Source of the DNA: Polyangiaceae bacterium
GTDB lineage: Bacteria > Myxococcota_A > Polyangia > Polyangiales > Polyangiaceae
NCBI GenBank assembly: GCA_044376115.1
Contig: JBILLK010000011.1
Coordinates: forward strand, 283,628 to 347,627
DNA: 64,000 nucleotides
Reading direction: 5' to 3'
Each line of letters begins with the position of its first letter. The first letter of the stretch is position 1. The position numbers and the translations under genes are program-made. Positions 1 through 8,844 of this stretch are shown piece by piece. The notes under the pieces were generated by a model. That model was given only the letters and a program-made list of their open reading frames with translations. It made no database searches and was not told where the DNA came from.

Positions 1-159
1 TGGCACCCGCATGTTGAGGCCAAACTGGAGCACGAGCTCACGCTGGGTCTTGAACTGTGCAGGGACCATCACGTCGGGATGACGCGGGTCGAGGTGAATG
101 AAGATGCCCGAACTCTCGAGGAGCTTGAGCGCTACTTGGTGCTTTGGCGGCAGGGACAC
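1..159 (-). CDS. sspB: ClpXP adaptor SspB-family protein (partial; runs off the window start)
   Basis: Not in the ORF track. My translation from GTG at 159 is MSLPPKHQVALKLLESSGIFIHLDPRHPDVMVPAQFKTQRELVLQFGLNMRVP, resembling the myxobacterial SspB N-terminus (F-x-HLDPR...V-x-VP...LVLQ-x-GLNM). Confidence 0.75.
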   Translation of the reverse strand, partial: MSLPPKHQVALKLLESSGIFIHLDPRHPDVMVPAQFKTQRELVLQFGLNMRVP

Positions 160-219
160 GAAGGCCGCACTGTACACGAGAGCGGCGAAGGAGGGGCGCT
201 TGCGTTGCGCCGAAGGCGG

Positions 220-942
220 TCACGAGGGCTTGGCCGCAAGCAAGCCGCTGGAACGCAATTCGGCGCTGGTAACGGGCTGATAGTGAGCTTGGGTAACCTT
301 TAGCTCGTTGCGAACCTCGCTGAGCGGACGCGCCAACCATGCTTCCCACTCGACCGCCGGAAGCCAGTCTGCGCGTTGGCCAGCGCGATAACCAGCGAGG
401 ATGTCCGCCCGCCCGGCCGAGTCAAACTTTGCAAGGCCAAGCAAAACGACCGCGAGAATCCCGGGGTTTTTGGTTTGTGCGAAGGTGAAGGCGAGGAGCG
501 CGCCCTCGCCCACCAGGTCCGGCCCATAGCCCGTTACCACGTGCCAGAGGTCGTGCGCATCACGCAGCCGATCTCCCAAGTAGCGCATGTCTTCGGGCAG
601 ATTCTCCGGTCTGCGGCCGCCAAGTTCACTGGCCTCTGCGATCCCCTCGGCGGAGATTCCCTGGCTTTCAACGAACTCGAGGTAGTGGCGCCCGAGGCTA
701 CCTTCGGGCAGCGCGCGAAGCGCCTCCCGGTCGCAAAGCTGTTTGGCTAGCTGGGGTTTCACCGCCAAAAGGTGTGCCCCGCTCCGGGAGCTTTTGGTTT
801 GGGACAGCAAGTACTCCGGCGCACGCCCCGGCAGACTGTCAATGATGGTGAAAACGTTGGGCAGGTCGTCCGGATCGGCCAAGAGCTGGCGAAGGGCGCG
901 CAGGGCAACGAAGGGGCGATTCTTGCGAGTGGCGAGTTCCAC
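220..942 (-). CDS. Coq4-family protein
   Basis: Contains LPEGSLG and the HDLWH-x(11)-E metal motif. Start moved to GTG at 942, which follows a GGAGG Shine-Dalgarno. Confidence 0.85.
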   Translation of the reverse strand: MELATRKNRPFVALRALRQLLADPDDLPNVFTIIDSLPGRAPEYLLSQTKSSRSGAHLLAVKPQLAKQLCDREALRALPEGSLGRHYLEFVESQGISAEGIAEASELGGRRPENLPEDMRYLGDRLRDAHDLWHVVTGYGPDLVGEGALLAFTFAQTKNPGILAVVLLGLAKFDSAGRADILAGYRAGQRADWLPAVEWEAWLARPLSEVRNELKVTQAHYQPVTSAELRSSGLLAAKPS

Positions 943-971
943 AGGACCTCCAGAGTTGTTTGTGAACAGAA

Positions 972-993
972 CTGTAGATAGCGCTATCGACAG
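972..993. promoter_or_regulatory. Palindromic operator, probably the TetR binding site
   Basis: CTGTAGATAGCGCTATCGACAG is a 22-bp palindrome with one mismatched pair, lying between the divergent coq4-like and tetR genes. Confidence 0.65.
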
Positions 994-1047
994 GGTTATC
1001 AATAGGCGGCTCGCGGAAAGTCGGCCCAACTGTGCGAAGCTCCGAGG

Positions 1048-1710
1048 GTGACCAAGACGGGTGCGCCCAAACTCCGTCGCCGCTTATCGGCGCAAGACGC
1101 TCGCGAGGCGATCCTGTCTGCGACGGAGAAGCGACTGCGTGAGCACGGGCCCGACGCTTTGCGCCTTCAAGCCATCGCCAGCGATGTTGGGCTTTCCCAC
1201 CCCACGGTGCTCCATCACATCGGAAGTCGTGAGGACTTGGTGCGCGAGGTGGTGCATCGCGCTATCGGCAAACTCGAGAGCGACCTCTTGGCCTGCTTTA
1301 CGGAGCAGCTCGCGGCCACCGACATTGTCTCGACACTGCATCATGTCGACGAGGTGCTGCGAGCGCAGGGGCAAGCACGGTTGGTCGCGTGGTTGGCGCT
1401 GACCGAGCCGCGAGGGGAAGCAAGTGACACCCGCTTGGGGGAACTGACAGCTGCGCTTCACAGTGCCCGCGCTGCAGATGGAACTGCCTACGAGGACACG
1501 GCCTTCGCCGTAGTATTGGCGGCCACTTCGCTGTTTGGCGCCGCGCTGCTTGGGCCCAGCTTGTTGTCGATGACCGGGCTCGGTAACGACGAGAAGGTGC
1601 AACGACGCTTTCGTGAATGGCTGGCCGGGCTGCTCTTGGCGCACGCAGGCTTGCCGTCGCCTGAGCCGGAACTCTCGGGCGACGCCGCGGATTCGCGTGT
1701 GAAGAGCTGA
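1048..1710 (+). CDS. TetR/AcrR-family transcriptional regulator
   Basis: N-terminal HTH (AREAILSA...LRLQAIASDVGLSHPTVLHHIGSREDL). Confidence 0.9.
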   Translation: MTKTGAPKLRRRLSAQDAREAILSATEKRLREHGPDALRLQAIASDVGLSHPTVLHHIGSREDLVREVVHRAIGKLESDLLACFTEQLAATDIVSTLHHVDEVLRAQGQARLVAWLALTEPRGEASDTRLGELTAALHSARAADGTAYEDTAFAVVLAATSLFGAALLGPSLLSMTGLGNDEKVQRRFREWLAGLLLAHAGLPSPEPELSGDAADSRVKS

Positions 1711-1725
1711 GCGGGCGAGGTCGCG

Positions 1726-4167
1726 CTATTCAGGGTCTGATGGGTGCGCTGCGAGCACCGCTTGGCGGAGCTCCATCGGGTCTAGAGGCTTCGCGAGGAA
1801 ATCGTCGACTCCGGCGCTGAAAGCAGCGGCTCGTTCAGCGTTGGTCGTGTTCGCGGTCAGCGCCACGATGCGCGGCTGACGCCCGCCGAGAGCTCGGATG
1901 CGACGCGTGGCTTCCATGCCGTCGAGCTCAGGCATCTGGATGTCCATCAGCACGAGGTCGTAGTCCCTCGCGCACACGGCCTCGATGCCCTCAAAGCCGT
2001 TCGCGGCGACGTCGCACGTGGCTCCTATCCGGGCCAAAAGTAGCTTGGCGACCTTCTGATTCACGACGTCGTCTTCGACCAGCAGAATTCGCACGGACGG
2101 GACGGGGGAGATGGACGGCTCCAGTTCGGTGCGAGTGGATGTGACCTCCGCGAGGGCGCGAGCCAGCCGCGTGAGTTCGGCGGGCCGCTGCACGAAGCGG
2201 ACTCTCGGGCCCTCGGCGCGTACTCCGGCGGGCGCGCAGACGACGAGAGGCACGTTCGATCTAGCGCGCACCCTTCGCACGAGCTGGCGCGCCTCCTCCG
2301 AACTTCCGCTTAGGCCGATCACCAATACGTTGATCTCAGCGTCGGACGCGGCGCCAGCGAGCACCGCTTCTTCGGACGCGAACTCGACGGGCACTCCGCC
2401 GAGCCGCGCGAGCCTTTGAACCAAGGCGCGCGCATGGATGGCGGAGGGCTCGTGGACACCCACGCGTCGCCCGACCGCGCCGAGAGGAAGCGCCATGGTC
2501 GACCGTGCGCCCGTCGCCGCTGCTGGCAGACATAAAAGGAACGTCGAGCCGGTCCCCACGCTGCGCTCCAGAGACAGAGTTCCGTTCATCATCTCTGTGA
2601 GTCGACGGCTGATGGTAAGGCCAAGCCCGGTGCCGCCGAATCTCCTCGTGGTGGAGCTTTCAGCCTGCGCAAAGGGCTGAAAGATTGTGCTTTGGAGATT
2701 GGGCGGTACTCCGATGCCGGTGTCCTCCACAGCGATGGAGAGGACGTTAGCGGACTCGTCATGGCTGACGTGGACGACTACGTGGCCGCGTTCGGTGAAC
2801 TTGACCGCATTGCCGACAAGGTTCAGCACGATCTGGCGCACGCGGGCTGGATCCCCGAGGACGGCGTCAGGCACGTCGGCGTCACACCAGCCCGCGAGGT
2901 CCAGGTTTTTGCGCGCGGCTGGGAGTGCCACCAAGTCCAGGCACTCGTCGATGACGCGAAGTGGCGAGAACGGGATGTGCTCGAGCGACAGCTTGCCTGA
3001 CTCGATCTTCGAGTAGTCCAGCACGTTGTTCGCAACCGCAAGGAGGTTCTCGCCGCTCGAACGGATCGTGTCGACGTAGTCACGTTGCTCGGGGGAGAGC
3101 GGCGTATCCAACACCAACGAACACATGCCAAGGACCGCGTTCATCGGTGTCCGCAGTTCGTGGCTGATGTGGGCTAGGAATGCCTCGCTCGCACGGGTTG
3201 CCTCCTCGGCCGTTCGCTTGGCGCCCGTCAGTGCGACGTTTAGCCGACGGAGGTCTGCGATCGACTGCGAGTGGTTCTCGAGGAGCTGAATCAGGTCGGT
3301 CGCCGGGTCATGCAGCGCGAAGTCTTCGAGGGTGAGCCCATGTTGCTCGAGCGCCATCAGGGAGGTGACCCAGGGAGACCCAAGGAACATCAGCCCGCGG
3401 CCTAGCGGCGTTGGCTTCAGCGAGCCGCGAAGGAGCGGCCCCCCGCTCGTTCCTTCGAGTATGAACAGGACGTTCTTCGACGCGGATAACGACTCGAAGG
3501 TCGCCGGCAGGCTCGGCCGCCGAATCAGGAACACTTCGTCGAACGCGACCCCGGTCAGATCCCGCCCGAGGAGCTTCTGAAGCGAGTGGCCCCACGTCGT
3601 GAAGCGCAGCTCTGCGTCGAGTACGAAGGAGAACGGGAACGCTTCTGCGAGCTGCTTCGGTCCCAGTCCGAAGGCTGCATCGCGCTGATGTTGGAGCTCG
3701 GCCTCTGCGAGCCGAGCGAGGTCGCGTAGCGCGTCGAGCTGAGAGGAAGATGGGTCGCGGGGCACGCTGTCGACTACGCACAGCGTGCCGACGCGAGCCC
3801 CCTTCGAGGACCGCACCGGGAACCCTGCGTAGAAGCGGATGTGGGGAGGCCCAAGGACGAGCGGGTTCGCTTTGAAGCGCTCATCCTTGGTGGCGTCTCG
3901 TACGACCAGGAAGCCTTCGTCGAGGATGGTGTGGCTGCAGAACGAGACGTCGCGCGAAGTTTCGGAGATCTCTGCGCCTACCGTCGACTTGAACCACTGG
4001 CGGCAGTCGTCGACCAACGTCAGAAATGCCATCGGTGTTCCGAAGACCTGGGCCGCCAAGCGGGTGAGGCAGTCGAACCGCTCGTCTCGCGGGGTGTCGA
4101 GCATCCGTAGCGCGCGGAGCTCGGCGAGCCGGACCGCCTCATCCTCGGGTCGACCAGGCGGGATCAT
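1726..4167 (-). CDS. Hybrid sensor histidine kinase: GAF, HNOBA (H-NOX-associated), HisKA, HATPase, degenerate REC, REC
   Basis: GAF (SFCSHTI...IRFYAGFP), HNOBA-like FPFSFVLD...FLIRRP...FLGSP, H-box SHELRTP, NLVGNAVKFT, DTGIG, GGTGLGL, and terminal REC DLVLMDIQMP...LAKP. Confidence 0.9.
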   Translation of the reverse strand: MIPPGRPEDEAVRLAELRALRMLDTPRDERFDCLTRLAAQVFGTPMAFLTLVDDCRQWFKSTVGAEISETSRDVSFCSHTILDEGFLVVRDATKDERFKANPLVLGPPHIRFYAGFPVRSSKGARVGTLCVVDSVPRDPSSSQLDALRDLARLAEAELQHQRDAAFGLGPKQLAEAFPFSFVLDAELRFTTWGHSLQKLLGRDLTGVAFDEVFLIRRPSLPATFESLSASKNVLFILEGTSGGPLLRGSLKPTPLGRGLMFLGSPWVTSLMALEQHGLTLEDFALHDPATDLIQLLENHSQSIADLRRLNVALTGAKRTAEEATRASEAFLAHISHELRTPMNAVLGMCSLVLDTPLSPEQRDYVDTIRSSGENLLAVANNVLDYSKIESGKLSLEHIPFSPLRVIDECLDLVALPAARKNLDLAGWCDADVPDAVLGDPARVRQIVLNLVGNAVKFTERGHVVVHVSHDESANVLSIAVEDTGIGVPPNLQSTIFQPFAQAESSTTRRFGGTGLGLTISRRLTEMMNGTLSLERSVGTGSTFLLCLPAAATGARSTMALPLGAVGRRVGVHEPSAIHARALVQRLARLGGVPVEFASEEAVLAGAASDAEINVLVIGLSGSSEEARQLVRRVRARSNVPLVVCAPAGVRAEGPRVRFVQRPAELTRLARALAEVTSTRTELEPSISPVPSVRILLVEDDVVNQKVAKLLLARIGATCDVAANGFEGIEAVCARDYDLVLMDIQMPELDGMEATRRIRALGGRQPRIVALTANTTNAERAAAFSAGVDDFLAKPLDPMELRQAVLAAHPSDPE

Positions 4168-4174
4168 GGACCCT

Positions 4175-4729
4175 TCACGATGCGGCGGGTTGCATGCGCA
4201 TCAGGAACACGTCGTGGTCGCGGCTGTCTTCCCCACGCCGCGCGACATGCTCGACCGATGCAGGGGTCTGGAAGTGCTTGGAGAGCCCACGCAATAGACC
4301 GACCACAAAGGGTTGAAGCCCCTCCCGGTGGCTCCGGTACTCGACGCGGAGTGCGCCATCCTCGACCTCGGAGCACGAGAAGGTAGGCGGCACCAGATGG
4401 TCGAAAGTCAAGGCGACCCGCGCGTGGAAGTTGGGGAGGTTGAGTAAGAACTCACGCAACCCCGCTGCGCGCAGCAAGACGGGGTAGCGGGTGCGGGCGG
4501 TGGTTAGGATCCAGTGCTCTCCGAACTCGATGAGTAAGCTCTCGGCCTCGACTCCGGTTACTTCGCACGCGCTCGCAACGAGTTGATAGGTGATCGCGTC
4601 ATCGTAGCCCTCGTCCCCCATGAAGACCTCATCGGTGACGCCCGCGCGTTCAGCGATCAAGCGCCACTTTTGTTCGCCGAATCGCTCCGTTAGCAGCTCC
4701 TGCAGAGCGCCATTCACCAAGCCGTACAT
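4175..4729 (-). CDS. H-NOX heme nitric oxide/oxygen-binding protein
   Basis: MYGLVN start, proximal His (NFHARV), conserved PPTF, and YxSxR motif (YRSHR). Confidence 0.93.
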   Translation of the reverse strand: MYGLVNGALQELLTERFGEQKWRLIAERAGVTDEVFMGDEGYDDAITYQLVASACEVTGVEAESLLIEFGEHWILTTARTRYPVLLRAAGLREFLLNLPNFHARVALTFDHLVPPTFSCSEVEDGALRVEYRSHREGLQPFVVGLLRGLSKHFQTPASVEHVARRGEDSRDHDVFLMRMQPAAS

Positions 4730-4760
4730 CGGTGCAGTGTCTCACGTCGTTTCGGCGCGG

Positions 4761-6131
4761 TCACGCGTGTGAGCTATGCAGAGTCATTTCGTGAGGCACC
4801 GAGCGCGCGGCCGCCTGGAGCTCCGCGTCGATCGTGGCGATGTAGCGGTCGAGCGAGGCTCGCTCGCGCAAGGTGCGGTGAGCACCCTCGACCAGGCGTT
4901 GCGCGAGCGACGGATCGCGCATGAGGCGCGTAGCTGCGTGCGCCATGCTCCGTGCATCGGACACGTGGAGGCTGTTGTCTTCGTGGGCGAGGAGCTCGCG
5001 CGCTCCGCCGGTGGGCATCGCGATCACCGGGACCCCGCACGACATCGCCTCGAGGTAGGTGAGCCCGGCAGGCTCGTTCCACCTCGACGGGAACAGGAAT
5101 ACGTCGCTCGCACGGTACAGCGCTCCAAGCTCTTGCCTCGGGACGAAGCCGAGCCATTGCACCTGCTCCGATACTTCGAGTTGCTGCGCAAGGAGTCGGA
5201 GTCTCGCAAGCTCCGAAGGCTCCCCGCTGCCCGCCACGCTGAGGGTTGCGCGCACGCCTGAGCGCGCGAGCTCCGCGAGCGTCTCGATGGCGATGTCGCA
5301 GCCCTTCGTCGGGTGGACCCGGCCGGCGAAGAGGAGCCGCGGCGAATCGCCGACGGGGCGAAACGGGCGCGCTGCAAAGGTGAGCAGGCACACACCCTGC
5401 CACGCCACCGTCCCTTCTGGTTCCGGCGCTCCTCCGAGGCGTAGCGCTTCGCGCGTGGCCCCGCTGACGTAGACGGCTCGCTCGATGTCGACGCCTCGCC
5501 ACGTTCGCGCCGAAAGCCCCGCACGCTCGGCCGCCGACCATAGCCACCGGCGGGCCCGGCTCGAGCCCTCACCCGGTCGGTGGGCGAGCAGCCAGTCGTC
5601 GTTGAAGCAGAACACGGTGGGCAGCTGCTCATCGAACGGCACCTCTTCCCAGATCGTCCTTCGCACCGCGGACGCCGCCATCGAGAAGAAGTGCCCGCGT
5701 CGAAGCTTCACCGGCTCTTGCGCGCCGAACGCGCGCCGGTAGTCGAGCTGCACCGTCGAGGTTGCGCGCGGCCGGGCGATCTGTCGACCGAAGGTCGCCG
5801 CCACCGAAGAATCTGCAACCAGCGGTGTGATGAGGGCGGCGAGGGCGTCCTCGCTGAGCGCGATGGCGTCCGCGTTCACGAACGCGACGATGTCGGAGGA
5901 CGTCTCGCTCATCGCGCGGTTGAGCACCGCACCCGGCCGGTAGCTCGCCGGATCGACGTCGAGCAGGCGAACCCCGCGGTCCAGTGCGACCTCGCGCGAG
6001 CCGTCGCTCGATCCGCAGTCGAAGAAGTGAACGCGAGGGCGGACCCCGACCTGGCGAGCGAGCGCGTCGAGCGCTCGAGGAACATGGGGCATTTCGTTGC
6101 GACAGCGGACGACGACATCGATGATGGTCAT
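4761..6131 (-). CDS. Chimeric glycosyltransferase: GT2 N-terminal part fused to a GT4 C-terminal part
   Basis: GT2 motifs (VVVRCRNE, DCGSSDG, VNAD) followed by GT4 motifs (FAGRVHPTKG, EPAGLTYLEAMSCG). ATG at 6131 overlaps the upstream stop (ATGA). Confidence 0.8.
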   Translation of the reverse strand: MTIIDVVVRCRNEMPHVPRALDALARQVGVRPRVHFFDCGSSDGSREVALDRGVRLLDVDPASYRPGAVLNRAMSETSSDIVAFVNADAIALSEDALAALITPLVADSSVAATFGRQIARPRATSTVQLDYRRAFGAQEPVKLRRGHFFSMAASAVRRTIWEEVPFDEQLPTVFCFNDDWLLAHRPGEGSSRARRWLWSAAERAGLSARTWRGVDIERAVYVSGATREALRLGGAPEPEGTVAWQGVCLLTFAARPFRPVGDSPRLLFAGRVHPTKGCDIAIETLAELARSGVRATLSVAGSGEPSELARLRLLAQQLEVSEQVQWLGFVPRQELGALYRASDVFLFPSRWNEPAGLTYLEAMSCGVPVIAMPTGGARELLAHEDNSLHVSDARSMAHAATRLMRDPSLAQRLVEGAHRTLRERASLDRYIATIDAELQAAARSVPHEMTLHSSHA

Positions 6132-7384
6132 AGGTTTACTCCTCGGCCTGGTTGCGTGCGGCGGTGCTCCTGGAGCACCGTTTGATAAGTTGCAGAGATG
6201 GACTTTGAGACGACCCCCCAGTCGAAGCGGGACTGGACGAGGGCGCGGCCGCGGTGCGCTGCGTGCCGCCGGCGTTCGGGGTCTTTGAGCGCAGCCTCGA
6301 TCGCGGCGGCCCAAGCTCGAGGGTCGAGCGATCCGACCATCCACGAGTCGTCGCCGAAAGCTCGCCCGAGGCGCGCGAGGCCCGAATGTGCGGCCAAGAG
6401 CGCCGGCTTGCCCGAGGCCCAAGCCTCGAGCGCGATCAGCCCGAACGCCTCGTGTTTGGACGGCATCACCACCAACGTCGCGAGCGCGAGCAGATCGGGG
6501 AGGTCACGCAGCGGGTCGACGTTGCCAAGCACGTGCACGCGATCGGCGAGCCCCAACGAGCGCGCCTCCTCTGCGATCTTTGCGCCGTAGCCGCGGTCGG
6601 TCTCGGCCCCAGCGAGCACCAGGCGTGCGTTGGCGACGCTCGATATCGCGCGGACGGCGGCGAGCTGATTTTTCTGGTCCGAGAGTCGCCCAACCAGCAG
6701 GACGATCGGGTCGTTGCTCGAAAGCTCGGGCCATCGGGCGCGCGCACGCTCCTCCGAAGCCGACGCAAAGCGTGCGAGCTCGACGCCTTGGTCGAGCAGG
6801 AGCGCGCGCTCGCCTACGCGGGTCTGCAGCGCGCGAAGCTCCTCCTCGTTGAAGCAGAGAACGCGCGCTGCGTCGTCGATCACGCGGCGCGAGCCGAGCA
6901 GCCATCCGAGCGGCTGGCCGAGATCGACGAGACCCGAGAGGCGCTGCTCGGTGTCGCGTCGCAATAGCTCGGGATGCGCGAGCAGCGGGCCGTGGACCGA
7001 GACGACGTAAGGCCGCCCGGTGAGTCGCATCGCAGCGCGAACAGACCCTCCCACGCGACCCTGCGTATGGACGTGGGCGAGGTCGAGCGTGCGGTCGCAC
7101 ACGAGCCTCAGCGGCTCGTCGATCGTGCCGAGGTTCCCCGCGTTTGAAACGAGCGACGCTCGTCGATCCGCACGACCGATGAACGGGCAGAAGGCTCGAT
7201 AGCGGCGAAGCACGACCGACGCGGGGAGGGCGAAGTCGTCGCCCGTGGGGCCCTTCGGAGCGTGGACCTCCACCGACACGCCTTCCGCTGCCTGCCGCGT
7301 AGCGAGCGCCGCGACGTGCGTCTCCGTCCCGCCCCACGAGGCAGGATCGTATTTGCGAAGGACGTGGGCGACTCGGAGCTTCAT
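6128..7384 (-). CDS. GT4 (GT-B) glycosyltransferase
   Basis: GGTETHV, VGRLSDQKNQ, EAFGLIALEAWASG. Confidence 0.9.
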   Translation of the reverse strand: MKLRVAHVLRKYDPASWGGTETHVAALATRQAAEGVSVEVHAPKGPTGDDFALPASVVLRRYRAFCPFIGRADRRASLVSNAGNLGTIDEPLRLVCDRTLDLAHVHTQGRVGGSVRAAMRLTGRPYVVSVHGPLLAHPELLRRDTEQRLSGLVDLGQPLGWLLGSRRVIDDAARVLCFNEEELRALQTRVGERALLLDQGVELARFASASEERARARWPELSSNDPIVLLVGRLSDQKNQLAAVRAISSVANARLVLAGAETDRGYGAKIAEEARSLGLADRVHVLGNVDPLRDLPDLLALATLVVMPSKHEAFGLIALEAWASGKPALLAAHSGLARLGRAFGDDSWMVGSLDPRAWAAAIEAALKDPERRRHAAHRGRALVQSRFDWGVVSKSISATYQTVLQEHRRTQPGRGVNL

Positions 7385-7415
7385 CTTGGGATTGGCCTTT
7401 GCAACCGCTCGGCCA

Positions 7416-8669
7416 ATGACCAAGCGACCGGCTATCCCTCCTGCTCTCTGGCTGTGGCTCCTCGTGCTCGCGCTGCTCCCGCTGCGGCTCTGGTTCGCGT
7501 GGAACCATGGAGATGCCCCGACCTTCTACGACGAAGGCGACTACCACCAGATCGCTGCGAACCTCGCCGCTGGTGAAGGATTCTCGGGAAGCTACGGGCC
7601 GACCGCGTTCCGTCCGCCTGGGCAGCCGCTCTTTCTCGCGGCTGTCTACTCGCTGTTTGGAACGTCGCTGCGCAGTGCCTACATCGCGCAGGCGCTGCTC
7701 GCCTCGCTGCTACCGATCGTGACCATGTGGTTCGCTCGTTCCGAATTGAAACACTCGGGATGGGCGGGGCTCGCCGGTGCTCTCTCGGCGCTTCACCCTG
7801 GTATCGCCTATGCGAGCACGACCCTCTACCCGGTGCTCCTTACCTCTGTGTGCTTGGTTGTTGGTGTCACGTACGTTCGCCGCGCTGCGCTGCGAGAGAG
7901 TCGTTGGTCCGCCCCTGCAGCCGGACTTGCGCTGGGGATGGCCGGTCTGACCACGCCTTATCTCGCTCCACTCGTCGGCCTCGGCGGCGTGCTGCTCGCG
8001 CTGCGGGGCCGGCTTCGACGAGGCCTGATCGTGGCAGTCGTCGGCCTGCTTCCGGTCGGGCTCTGGGTGGCTCGCAACGCCGACGTCCTGGGTGCGCCGG
8101 TGCTGGGGACGCACGGCGGCTATAACCTGGCGCTCGGGGCGAACGACCGAGCATCGATCTTCTCGGGCAACGCCATCGAACCGGACCTCCCGCGCGCCGA
8201 CGCCCCGGATAACGAGGTCGTACGGGACCGCGCCTATCGCGAGGTCGCGCTGGCTTGGATCGCGAGAAACCCTGAGCGCTGGCTTTCGTTGGCGGTGGGC
8301 CGCGGGCTCGCCACGCTCGACTCGACGGGGCGGCCAGCGACGGGCCAGGCTCCACGCGGCGCCGCCGTGTGGCTGATCGGGCTCGCGGTGAGCGCCGGCG
8401 TCATCGCGGGTCTCGCTGGGCTCGTGCTCGCCCGCCGACGCATCGCCGCTCAGCTCCTCGCGGCCGCATTCATCCTCGTCGTGATCAGCGCCGCAGCGAC
8501 GATCAGCAAACCGCGATTTCGCTTCCCCTGTGATCCGCTGCTGGTCGTGTATGGGCTCGCCCTGGTGCGCGCCACGACAGCGCGAATCCGTCGGCGTCGG
8601 CGACGATCAGACCCACAAAACGACTTCGGCGGCTCACCCTTCCGAGAGAACCGCCGAGAGCCATTCTGA
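7416..8669 (+). CDS. GT-C (ArnT/PMT-like) membrane glycosyltransferase
   Basis: First TM followed by the DE motif (YDEGDY), then RPPG-x-PLFLA, many TM helices, and C-terminal PRFRFP. Confidence 0.8.
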   Translation: MTKRPAIPPALWLWLLVLALLPLRLWFAWNHGDAPTFYDEGDYHQIAANLAAGEGFSGSYGPTAFRPPGQPLFLAAVYSLFGTSLRSAYIAQALLASLLPIVTMWFARSELKHSGWAGLAGALSALHPGIAYASTTLYPVLLTSVCLVVGVTYVRRAALRESRWSAPAAGLALGMAGLTTPYLAPLVGLGGVLLALRGRLRRGLIVAVVGLLPVGLWVARNADVLGAPVLGTHGGYNLALGANDRASIFSGNAIEPDLPRADAPDNEVVRDRAYREVALAWIARNPERWLSLAVGRGLATLDSTGRPATGQAPRGAAVWLIGLAVSAGVIAGLAGLVLARRRIAAQLLAAAFILVVISAAATISKPRFRFPCDPLLVVYGLALVRATTARIRRRRRRSDPQNDFGGSPFRENRREPF

Positions 8670-8677
8670 TGCCGTTG

Positions 8678-8758
8678 TGCGAAGACCGGGACTTGAACCC
8701 GGACGGTGTTACCCGCTAGCACCTCAAGCTAGTGCGTCTGCCATTCCGCCACCTTCGC
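8678..8758 (-). tRNA. tRNA-Leu (anticodon GAG), CCA not encoded
   Basis: Minus strand GCGAAGGTGGCGGAATGGCAGACGCACTAGCTT-GAG-GTGCTAGCGGGTAACACCGTCCGGGTTCAAGTCCCGGTCTTCGCA gives a cloverleaf with long variable arm and GTTCAA T-loop. Confidence 0.97.
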
Positions 8759-8769
8759 GAAGCGGGCGG

Positions 8770-8797
8770 ACACTACCAGCGTCATTCTTCAAGTCAA
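8770..8797 (-). promoter_or_regulatory. Sigma70-type promoter of tRNA-Leu
   Basis: TTGACT-16 bp-TAGTGT followed by a GC-rich discriminator (CCGCCCGC), the same architecture as the rpsL promoter. Confidence 0.7.
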
Positions 8798-8844
8798 CAC
8801 AATTTTCTGAGCGCACAGGGGAGTTGGCTGGAAAACGACTCGCG

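Noticed and set aside
79..303. Plus-strand 74-aa ORF at the window start
   Set aside because: Shadow of the minus-strand sspB-like gene and the end of the Coq4-like gene.
1726..8758. Genomic island integrated at the 3' end of tRNA-Leu (glycosyltransferases plus H-NOX, apparently higher GC)
   Set aside because: No integrase and no duplicated tRNA 3' end; the only match found is 9 bp (TGTGCGAAG near 1031), which is expected by chance.
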